From contig CAINCQ010000041.1 of the NCBI GenBank assembly GCA_903847095.1, forward strand, positions 72,292 to 136,291: a DNA stretch of 64,000 nt, read 5' to 3'. A program made the position numbers and the translations under genes. The number at the start of each line of letters is the position of its first letter. Within the stretch, counting starts at the first letter, position 1. Positions 26,896 to 34,347 of the stretch are shown one piece after another. This stretch comes from an uncultured bacterium. Its GTDB lineage: Bacteria; Patescibacteriota; Minisyncoccia; Minisyncoccales; UBA5738. Under the pieces are notes generated by a model. The model was not told the origin of the DNA, ran no database searches, and saw nothing but the letters and a program-made list of their open reading frames with translations.

Positions 26896-28302
26896 ATGAC
26901 CACACCTCAAACCACCATGGACTACAAATACGCGAAAAAAAAGATCGAGGTGCCGCACAATCTGGAGATCCCGCCCCAAAGCGTTGAATTGGAGCAATCG
27001 GTGATCGGTTGTCTGATGATCGATAGGTCGGCGATAATAAAAATCGTTGATTTTTTGGGACCCGAAGATTTTTACAAGCCCGGACACAAAGAGATCTATC
27101 TGGTTTGCCAGGAGCTTTTCGAAAAAGGCGAGCCGATAGATTTTCTTTCGGTATCCAATCGCCTAAAGGAAAAGGGCCTGCTGGGAAAAATCGGCGGCAA
27201 CGCTTATCTCACCGAAACGATCAACCTGGTACCCAGCACCAGTCATGTCGTATCTTACGCCCATAACGTTCAGCGCAAACGGATTTTGCGCGATTTGATC
27301 TCGGCTTCGCAAGAAATAGAACAGCTTGGCTATAACGAGTCCGATGAATTGAGCGAGGTCTTGGACGAAGCGGAAAGAAAAATCTTTGCCATTGCCCAGC
27401 GGGGCGTGGCCCAGAATTTTACCTTGGTCAAAGATACCCTTCCCGAAGCGTTCGAGCGGATCGAAAAACTTTCGCAGGGAAAGGCGACTCGCGGTTTGGC
27501 TACCGGTTATACGGATCTGGATAAATTGCTTTCCGGTCTGCAGAAATCCGACTTGGTTGTTCTGGCCGCCCGTCCCTCCATGGGAAAATCAACCTTGGCT
27601 GTCAATATCGCGCAGAATATCGCCTATAATGAAAAGATAACGGTCGGGATATTCTCTTTGGAAATGTCGAAAGACCAGATCGTCGACCGCTTGATCTCTT
27701 CCATCTCCGGGGTTGATCTTTGGAAGATCAGGACCGGAAAATTGTCCAGCGAAGGCGACGAGAATGATTTTGTCAGGATCCAAAGGGCTTTAGGCGTCCT
27801 TTCGGAACTACCTATCTATATCGACGACGTTGGCTCGCCTTCGGTGCTTCAAATGAAGGCTCTAAGCCGCCGGCTTCAGGCTGAAAAGGGGTTAGGCTTG
27901 CTTGTGATCGACTATTTGCAATTAATGGAGCCGCTTAACCGGCTGGCCAGCCCGGTCCAACAGGTTTCGGAAAATTCAAGGGCTCTCAAAGGGCTCGCCC
28001 GCGAACTGAACATTCCCGTGCTGGTGATCTCCCAGCTGTCCCGCGCTGTGGAACAGCGCGTTCCTTCCATCCCCAAGCTTTCCGACCTCCGCGAATCGGG
28101 CGCTATCGAACAAGATGCCGATGTGGTGATGTTTATTTACCGGGAGGATCGCTACCGGGAGAATTCCGAGAAAAAAGGCATTGCCGAGATCATCGTTGCC
28201 AAGCACCGCAATGGCCCGGTTGGCAAGATCGAGACTTTCTTCGACGATCAAACCGTCAGCTTCAAAAATATCGAGAAACGTTACCAGGAATATGAAACAT
28301 AG
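26896..28302 (+). CDS. dnaB: replicative DNA helicase
   Basis: 468-aa ORF with the DnaB N-terminal domain (PPQSVELEQSVIGCLM), Walker A ARPSMGKST, Walker B LLVIDYLQLM and SQLSRAVE. No intein-sized insertion. Confidence 0.95.
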   Translation: MTTPQTTMDYKYAKKKIEVPHNLEIPPQSVELEQSVIGCLMIDRSAIIKIVDFLGPEDFYKPGHKEIYLVCQELFEKGEPIDFLSVSNRLKEKGLLGKIGGNAYLTETINLVPSTSHVVSYAHNVQRKRILRDLISASQEIEQLGYNESDELSEVLDEAERKIFAIAQRGVAQNFTLVKDTLPEAFERIEKLSQGKATRGLATGYTDLDKLLSGLQKSDLVVLAARPSMGKSTLAVNIAQNIAYNEKITVGIFSLEMSKDQIVDRLISSISGVDLWKIRTGKLSSEGDENDFVRIQRALGVLSELPIYIDDVGSPSVLQMKALSRRLQAEKGLGLLVIDYLQLMEPLNRLASPVQQVSENSRALKGLARELNIPVLVISQLSRAVEQRVPSIPKLSDLRESGAIEQDADVVMFIYREDRYRENSEKKGIAEIIVAKHRNGPVGKIETFFDDQTVSFKNIEKRYQEYET

Positions 28303-28409
28303 CGGGAACGGCGAGAAAAGCGCTAACAGCAAGAAGAGTAAGAATTAGAGCCGATATTTTAGCTTTTCTCGCTGTTCCAGCTTTTCTTGCTTTTCTAGCT
28401 TTCCATTGT
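28303..28409 (+). promoter_or_regulatory. GA-rich/CU-rich hairpin leader upstream of recR (copy 2 of a two-copy element)
   Basis: ggaacggcgagaaaagc (28305-28321) pairs with gcttttctcgctgttcc (28362-28378) over 17 bp including one G-U. The loop segment aacagcaagaagag can alternatively pair with the downstream cttttcttgctttt. It fills the entire dnaB-recR spacer. Confidence 0.5.
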
Positions 28410-29006
28410 ATGTATTCGCCAAGCATTCAAAAACTGATCGAGCAATTTTCCAAACTTCCGACGGTTGGACCGCGAACCGCGGCCCGTTTCGCCTTTTATT
28501 TGATCGGAAAAAGTAAATCAGAAATTGATGAACTGGTTTTAGCGATTTCAAACGTCAAAAAAAACGTCAAATGCTGCCGGCTTTGTTTTAACGTTTACGA
28601 ATCGGAAAAAGAGATTTGCGGTATTTGTTCCGATACCCGGCGCGACAATAGCCTGCTCTGTGTCGTAGCCAACGAGACCGATCTGGCCTCGATCGAAAAG
28701 ATCAAAACATTCAAGGGCCGTTATTTTGTTTTGGGCGCTCCGCTCTCCAGCTTGCGCCGCGAACCAACCGATACCGAACGGATCATGGAATTGGAAAAAC
28801 GGGTAAGCCATAACAAGGCTTTGAAAGAAATCGTTCTGGCCATCAATCCCACTCCCGACGGCCAAGCCGCGATTCTTTATTTGGAAAGAATGCTCAAGCC
28901 CGCCGGGGTAAAAATTACCCGGCTTGGCCTTGGCCTACCCTTTGGCGGAGAGCTGGAATACGCCGATGAAGAGACGCTGTCATCGGCTCTTAACGGGCGG
29001 AAATGA
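28410..29006 (+). CDS. recR: recombination protein RecR
   Basis: 198-aa ORF with an N-terminal HhH (LPTVGPRTAARFAFYL), a C4 zinc finger (CRLC...CGIC) and a Toprim domain (LCVVANETD). Confidence 0.95.
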   Translation: MYSPSIQKLIEQFSKLPTVGPRTAARFAFYLIGKSKSEIDELVLAISNVKKNVKCCRLCFNVYESEKEICGICSDTRRDNSLLCVVANETDLASIEKIKTFKGRYFVLGAPLSSLRREPTDTERIMELEKRVSHNKALKEIVLAINPTPDGQAAILYLERMLKPAGVKITRLGLGLPFGGELEYADEETLSSALNGRK

Positions 29007-29071
29007 TTTAACACCAAGAAAATCCCGATTGGATCAGATCGAATTGCGTTTTTCCGCCTTAAATTTATTCT

Positions 29072-29171
29072 TATAAAGAAAAGCCCGCGAATATTCGTGG
29101 GCTATATCAAGAGAAAAAAACGAAGGAAAGGTACTGGTGCATAATGAACTAAAAAAATAGTAGGTAGGAAC
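29072..29171 (-). ncRNA. candidate small RNA (~100 nt) or tiny-peptide transcript
   Basis: Bounded by a minus-strand promoter (29178-29207) and a minus-strand intrinsic terminator: hairpin gcccacgaatattcgcgggc at 29083-29102, followed by ttttctttat. It contains only an 11-codon ORF (MHQYLSFVFFS). Confidence 0.35.
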
Positions 29172-29177
29172 AATTTC

Positions 29178-29207
29178 ATTTTACTTCCACCGGGTGGTTC
29201 TTGTCAA
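29178..29207 (-). promoter_or_regulatory. sigma70-type promoter (TTGACA-N18-TAAAAT) in the recR-rplU spacer
   Basis: The minus strand reads ttgaca agaaccacccggtggaag taaaat. No annotated gene lies downstream before the terminator at 29072-29102. Confidence 0.45.
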
Positions 29208-29261
29208 GAGGGGCATGTGGATAACCAGGAAATAGCCTTATTCTGGTATTCGGCCTAAAAC

Positions 29262-29290
29262 AAAAAACGCCCTAATTACGGCGTTTTTTG
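29262..29290 (-). terminator. intrinsic terminator after rplU (A/T-flanked, possibly bidirectional)
   Basis: aaaaaacgcc-ctaattac-ggcgtttttt, 25 nt downstream of the rplU stop. Confidence 0.7.
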
Positions 29291-29313
29291 TGTTTTTAAA
29301 ATTGTATTAAGAT

Positions 29314-29628
29314 CTATTTGGTGTCGATCGATTTGATCTCGACTTCCGTGAAGCGTTGGCGATGTCCTTTTTTTCGGTGATAGCGTTTTTTTGCCTTGTA
29401 TTTAAAAGCAATCACTTTAACCCCCTTGCCTTGTTTTAAAATAGCGGCCGTAACGGTCGCTCCCTCAACGGTTGGTTGGCCGATGGCTAATTTTTCGTCG
29501 TTTTGGACGAGCAAAACCTCGGAAAAGGTTATTTCCTTTCCTTCATCCCCTTCGATCTTTTCTACTTTTAACTTTTGTCCAGCCTTAACAATATATTGTT
29601 TTCCGCCGGTTTTGATCACAGCTATCAT
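29314..29628 (-). CDS. rplU: 50S ribosomal protein L21
   Basis: 104-aa ORF reading MIAVIKTGGKQYIVKAGQKLKVEKI...KKRYHRKKGHRQRFTEVEI, the canonical bL21 sequence. Confidence 0.95.
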   Translation of the reverse strand: MIAVIKTGGKQYIVKAGQKLKVEKIEGDEGKEITFSEVLLVQNDEKLAIGQPTVEGATVTAAILKQGKGVKVIAFKYKAKKRYHRKKGHRQRFTEVEIKSIDTK

Positions 29629-29776
29629 AATATTGAGATTTGGTTTAATTTCCTAACCCGTTCATATTATAATACTTCGGCAAAAAAGTCAAACTATTCC
29701 ACGTGATCCGGAGATATGATTCAGGATGAATCAAATTTTTACTTTTTTAGATTTTTCCGTTATTAATAATTAATTT

Positions 29777-30847
29777 TTAATCTACGGTTGGTTTATCGAT
29801 TTGCGTCATTTCGAGCTTTTCGCGCTCGCCGTCGGTGATTTTTAAGACATCCTTGTCGATCTTGGTGAATTCCTTGCAAGCTCCATTATAGGCGTTAACC
29901 GAGGTGGAAAGATGCGTTCCGAGCTTTTGGAGATATTCGGCGTAGGCCAGAAGGTGTTTTTCCAACATTTCGACCCGTTTGCGGATCTCCTTGGCCGATT
30001 CTTCGATCTGCAAAGCCCGCAGCCCCTGAAGAACGGTTTGCAAATAAGCGAGAAACGACGTTGGGGAAACGATGATCACCCGTTTGTCCCGGAAAGCGTA
30101 TTCGACGAGATCTTGGGTGTTGGCTTTAATCGCTCCGACTTGATTCGAGATCAGATCGTAAAAAATTCCTTCGGAGGGTATGAACATAAAAGCGAATTCC
30201 GTGGTATTTTCATTAGGCCTGATGTATTTTGAGGTTTCGTCGATTCGGTTTTTCAGATCCTGTTTAAATAATTTTTCCAGTTCCGTTCTGCGGGCCGCGT
30301 CTTTTTCGCAAACAATCTTGTTGTAATTTTCAAGGGAAAATTTGGAATCAATGGGAATAATCTTGTCCTTGACGAAAACAACCGCGTCGACAATCTCGTC
30401 ATTGGCGAATTTGTATTGCATCTGGAAGGATTTGGGCGGCAGAACATTCTTTAGAACCGTTTCCAAATAGTACTCCCCCAAAATCCCCCGCTGTTTCGGG
30501 TTCTTTAAAATGTTTTCCAAAGATTGAAGCTGTTCGGCAAAACCAACCACCTGTTTGTTGGTATTGTCCAGCTCGGTAAGCTTTTTTGATACGTCCTGGA
30601 TGATCTTGGCGCTTTCCGAGAACTGTTGCTGGAGCATCTGGCTGTTAAATCCCATATGTTCGCGCATGTTTTTGCTCGACTCCGACAATTTATTGTCCAG
30701 TGTTTCGGATATCCGGCCGATCTGTTGCTGCAACATCAAAAGCGCCCCGTCATCCTTCTTTTCCGGCTTTTTGCGCAACAAAAAATAAGTTTGAGCGGCG
30801 ATTGCCGCCAGCAATAACGCGAAAAGGAACAAAGTGGTGTCGTCCAT
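29777..30847 (-). CDS. rmuC: DNA recombination protein RmuC
   Basis: N-terminal TM helix, a long coiled coil and the C-terminal RmuC nuclease-like core (FAFMFIPSEGIFYD, VIIVSPTSFLAYL). ATG 30847 is preferred because the track's 30895 start overlaps the upstream gene. Confidence 0.85.
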   Translation of the reverse strand: MDDTTLFLFALLLAAIAAQTYFLLRKKPEKKDDGALLMLQQQIGRISETLDNKLSESSKNMREHMGFNSQMLQQQFSESAKIIQDVSKKLTELDNTNKQVVGFAEQLQSLENILKNPKQRGILGEYYLETVLKNVLPPKSFQMQYKFANDEIVDAVVFVKDKIIPIDSKFSLENYNKIVCEKDAARRTELEKLFKQDLKNRIDETSKYIRPNENTTEFAFMFIPSEGIFYDLISNQVGAIKANTQDLVEYAFRDKRVIIVSPTSFLAYLQTVLQGLRALQIEESAKEIRKRVEMLEKHLLAYAEYLQKLGTHLSTSVNAYNGACKEFTKIDKDVLKITDGEREKLEMTQIDKPTVD

Positions 30848-30851
30848 TGGT

Positions 30852-32003
30852 TTATGTCTTTGGCGCGGTACTCCGAAGTCTAGCTTGCGGGGCATCGCAC
30901 CAATAAAGATAATTTAAAAAATTGTAGACAAAATCGAAGGAAATTCGTTTTCGGTTGTTATCCCGGAAATTGGTCAAAAAAAATGAAGAATATTTTGCTC
31001 TTTCTTTATTCAGCCTCTCGTTGAATTTATTCATCAATTCCATCTGTGTTACAATGGAAACTTCTTCTTTAAAGATCAAATGAGCCATGTTGCGGGAGCT
31101 TACCTTGCCGACCAGGCCGGATATTCCGTATTGTCTTATGTCTTCAAGCTGGATTTTTTTTCCATTTTTACTGTCGATTGCCCGTAAAGTTAAAATATTG
31201 CGGTTGATTATTCTTTTATTTTCCCCGCTGATCAGTACGGATTTTTTGTCTTTAATGTTTTGAAAAGCCAATTCCGTCTTGACGTCGCCCGATTTTAAAT
31301 AACTTTCGGTCAAACGGAAGACTCCCAGCCGGTTTGGCGAATCTTTTACTTTATTGGTAAAAGCGCCGCCTAATTGCCAATCGTACTTTTTTTCGACGCA
31401 AAAATCCACTTTTTGGTTTTCGGGCAGGATTAAGGCGGTAATTTTATTTTTCTCGCTACGATCGGTTTTTTTTCTGAAATATAAAGAAATTACGTTGTAT
31501 GTCGTATCGTCAAACACTTGTCCGGAAAATATGTTTAATTTAACAATCTTGAATTTGGCAAAAAAAAGGGATCTTATTTTTTTGGAGTTTTTGGCACACA
31601 AAAAATTTAGCGGAACGATCAAAATCCCCTCTTCGCTATTCAAAATGGAAAAAATAGATATTTGATACAAATCCTCAAAGCCGGAGTATGTTCCGTTAAA
31701 AAACCTGTCTTTTATCACCTTACTTGCCTTATTTTTGTGAAGATAGGGAGGATTGGTACAGACAAATTTGTATTTTCCCGGATCATTGATTGAATCACGA
31801 TAACCGACTGCGACATTGTCAACGTATTTTTGATCGCAATCAAAACCCGACGCGAACTTCGCCCGGTTTTTTGACGCCCACCCGATAAGATCCCGATTGC
31901 CTGCGAACGGATCGATTACTTCTTTGCCCGCCACGAATTTCTCCATTCCCTGCAGGATATAATCGGAATTGGTCGTAAAAAATTGCCCGAATTGCTTCTT
32001 CAT
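30852..32003 (-). CDS. N6-adenine DNA methyltransferase (gamma-class motif order), orphan
   Basis: 383-aa ORF with motif X FGQFFTT, motif I-like VIDPFAGNRDL (degenerate glycine loop) and motif IV TNPPYL. About 230 aa of C-terminal region is of unknown function (putative target-recognition domain). Confidence 0.7.
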   Translation of the reverse strand: MKKQFGQFFTTNSDYILQGMEKFVAGKEVIDPFAGNRDLIGWASKNRAKFASGFDCDQKYVDNVAVGYRDSINDPGKYKFVCTNPPYLHKNKASKVIKDRFFNGTYSGFEDLYQISIFSILNSEEGILIVPLNFLCAKNSKKIRSLFFAKFKIVKLNIFSGQVFDDTTYNVISLYFRKKTDRSEKNKITALILPENQKVDFCVEKKYDWQLGGAFTNKVKDSPNRLGVFRLTESYLKSGDVKTELAFQNIKDKKSVLISGENKRIINRNILTLRAIDSKNGKKIQLEDIRQYGISGLVGKVSSRNMAHLIFKEEVSIVTQMELMNKFNERLNKERAKYSSFFLTNFRDNNRKRISFDFVYNFLNYLYWCDAPQARLRSTAPKT

Positions 32004-32125
32004 GCTTTACTTTACCTTAATTATGGCTCAGGTCCGGGATAAATCAAAATACATCTCAATGCGCGGCGATTATTTAAACGAAAAACCGCCCATAAAGCGA
32101 TTTTTCCGATTTCGCGAACCGGAGA

Positions 32126-33112
32126 TCAGTCGGGCACGTTAATGTCTTTTCCCTGCCCTAGCTCTTCCCCGTCGATCCGCTTGTCGCCGTCGGTGTCGGG
32201 ATTGAGCGGGTCGGAATGGTAGTTAAAAAGCTCAACGTAGTCAGACACGCCATCTCTATCCGAATCGTCCGAAAAAGGATCAAGGTTCATTGAGAGCTCG
32301 CGCAGATCGTTAAGGCCGTCATTGTCGGAATCAAAATGCATCGTCGAACCGGATCGGGCGGCTTCAACAATCTTTAAACAAGTTTTTTTGTATGAAACCG
32401 ACTGAATTTTCCCGCAAATGGATGTATCCGCGTTTTCAGCTGCCAGGTTGAGATAATACCAGTCCGCACATACGTACTTATCCTCCGCTTTTTTTATGGC
32501 CTCGCATATCTTGACGCCATTTTTCTCGGCTAGCGTCCAGATGCAAAAATTGCGGAAAACCGATGCTTTGGGAAGCGCCAGGCAAGCATCCATATTGTTG
32601 TTATCTTTGGCCCGTCTTGAATTGATTTGGGCTTTGCATTTTATCTTGGTATAAGGATAATCGATCTGGCCACAAATTGCCGGGTCGTCGCTATTGTAGG
32701 CAATTTCCATGATGCAGACATTTTCCCATTCTTTAGCCGCGATCTGGCGGCAACCGCTTACGTTTTTTTCGGTTTGGCTCACTATTCTAAGGCAGTGGTC
32801 GCGGTATTCGGCGTTGGAAATCCTGTCGCAAGACTGCGTATCGTCATTAGCTATGGCGCGGCCCATTAACTCCATGTTTTGGCAAATCCTTTTTTCGTCC
32901 GGAGCCTCGATATCCTGGCATCCGGATTCGGTGATCAGTGGTGCGATTGTTGCGCCTGTATTTTCGGTTTCTGCCGTCTTATTCTCTAACGTTGTTTTTC
33001 CGGACGGTTCGGTGTTTTCCCGGTTGCCGAAGACCATGATCCAGAAAAAAAATATCAAAAGGAGCACGATGATCGCGATAGATATCAGAACAATTTTTGT
33101 TTTTTTATCCAT
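32126..33112 (-). CDS. membrane-anchored Cys-pair repeat protein with C-terminal thrombospondin type 3-like Ca-binding repeats
   Basis: ATG 33112 lies 2 nt after the upstream stop. Has a TM anchor, about 9 repeats with paired Cys (..C-x8-14-C..), then DSDNDGLND, DSDRDGVSD and DTDGDKRID (DxDxDG) motifs. Confidence 0.65.
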   Translation of the reverse strand: MDKKTKIVLISIAIIVLLLIFFFWIMVFGNRENTEPSGKTTLENKTAETENTGATIAPLITESGCQDIEAPDEKRICQNMELMGRAIANDDTQSCDRISNAEYRDHCLRIVSQTEKNVSGCRQIAAKEWENVCIMEIAYNSDDPAICGQIDYPYTKIKCKAQINSRRAKDNNNMDACLALPKASVFRNFCIWTLAEKNGVKICEAIKKAEDKYVCADWYYLNLAAENADTSICGKIQSVSYKKTCLKIVEAARSGSTMHFDSDNDGLNDLRELSMNLDPFSDDSDRDGVSDYVELFNYHSDPLNPDTDGDKRIDGEELGQGKDINVPD

Positions 33113-33114
33113 GT

Positions 33115-34269
33115 TTAGCGGCAATAGCAAAAAGCCGAACCGGATCGGACTTGATGGACCTTTGAGCAGTTTTTTTCGACAGCTTTGTATTCGCCCTCGT
33201 CGGCGCAGGTGTTCGCCAAATACGTTTCAGCATCGATTTCTGCCTTCATAATTGTTGCGGCTTCGCAACGATTACCAAGAGAAAAAATTGTAAAATCTTT
33301 ATTTTTACAATTCTTAGGAAATAAATCTAGCGATGAATATTCGCAATCTGCGACAGCTTCTGCTTCGTAACTCGGTTTGCAAGGAGGCAGTGGCTCGTTA
33401 TTGTCGTTTTTACATAGCAAATCTTGCCAACAGCAAGGCGGTACCACATAAAGGAAACTGCAATTCAATTCATCATAAGAACCTACGCCGAAACAGGTTT
33501 TTTTTATTTTTTTGCAGGCGTCCAGGCAATTAACGCCTTTTTCCGGCATTATTTTGGTCGCTTTTACCGCTTCCGCATTCGCTTTCTTAAGGTCGCGTTG
33601 ATAGATAGGCAACGCACAATAGTCGAATAAATTTTCATTGTCGCCACCACTGTTCTCATCGTCGGTTATTTCCTCGTCTCCGGCGGCGACCAAGGTGCAG
33701 TCGGGCGAACAGCGGCTTATCATCTTTTCGCATTCATTAACGCTAAAGCCGGACCGGGCTTGGCAATCGGCGACCGACATATTGGGCTCACATTCTTCGC
33801 CGTCCTGAACGATCCCATCCCCGCATGATTCGGCGGCAAGTTCCATCGCTCCGCATTTGGCGCTGATTTTCCACCAGCTTTCATTGAGCTTAAGGCCGTT
33901 CCATTCGGCGATGCCCAGAAAAGCGAAAAACGTGTTCACAAAAACCCATCCGGTAAAAAGGATCACTGTTCCGAATCCTGTCGCCTTAATGAGCTTGCCG
34001 GCGGTTGCCAGCTTCTTCGCGTCACCCTGCGACCCCAGGTAATACATGCCGGCCGCAACCAGCCAAAAAGCGATTAAAGCGGGAACAAGAACGAATACGG
34101 CATATTTCAATGTCGTTTGGGTCAAGGTAAATAGGTCGCAGATCGTGCAGGCGTGCTGGCCCGGCCCGCCACAGGGAACCAAGGCCGCCTGGCAAGTATT
34201 GAAAGCCAAAAATGAAAATAAAAAAATAGCCGCTCCAAATATAAAAGAGTTGGTCTCTGATTTTATCAT
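33115..34269 (-). CDS. pilin-like (LVPCG..C..C, 2-TM) N-domain fused to a Cys-rich CGDG-type extension
   Basis: Residues 1-140 are colinear with residues 1-140 of the 58842-60509 product (LVPCGGPGQHACTICDLF, two TM helices, EWNGLK..WWK..CG). This resembles the CPR 'type IV secretion system pilin' family as I recall it. The C-terminus has SCGDGIVQDGEECEP...VADCQARSG. Confidence 0.5.
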   Translation of the reverse strand: MIKSETNSFIFGAAIFLFSFLAFNTCQAALVPCGGPGQHACTICDLFTLTQTTLKYAVFVLVPALIAFWLVAAGMYYLGSQGDAKKLATAGKLIKATGFGTVILFTGWVFVNTFFAFLGIAEWNGLKLNESWWKISAKCGAMELAAESCGDGIVQDGEECEPNMSVADCQARSGFSVNECEKMISRCSPDCTLVAAGDEEITDDENSGGDNENLFDYCALPIYQRDLKKANAEAVKATKIMPEKGVNCLDACKKIKKTCFGVGSYDELNCSFLYVVPPCCWQDLLCKNDNNEPLPPCKPSYEAEAVADCEYSSLDLFPKNCKNKDFTIFSLGNRCEAATIMKAEIDAETYLANTCADEGEYKAVEKNCSKVHQVRSGSAFCYCR

Positions 34270-34347
34270 TTCACCTGATAGAATATCCTTGACTGATTAT
34301 AACACAAAAAACAATTCGACTGATCCGAAGTCGATCAAGCAAGAAGG

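Noticed and set aside
28345-28551. 68-aa minus-strand ORF ending in KLEKQEKLEQREKLKYRL
   Set aside because: Its C-terminal half is simply a translation of the GA-rich/CU-rich inverted-repeat leader, and the rest is antisense to recR.
30852-32003. A complete restriction-modification system
   Set aside because: Only a methyltransferase-like gene is present. Neither neighbour (rmuC, or the TSP3 protein) looks like a restriction endonuclease or a specificity subunit.
33115-34269. Calling a type IV secretion system from the pilin-like proteins
   Set aside because: No VirB4, VirD4, VirB6 or relaxase-like genes occur anywhere in the window. Only the pilin-like N-domain is seen, so I make no T4SS claim.
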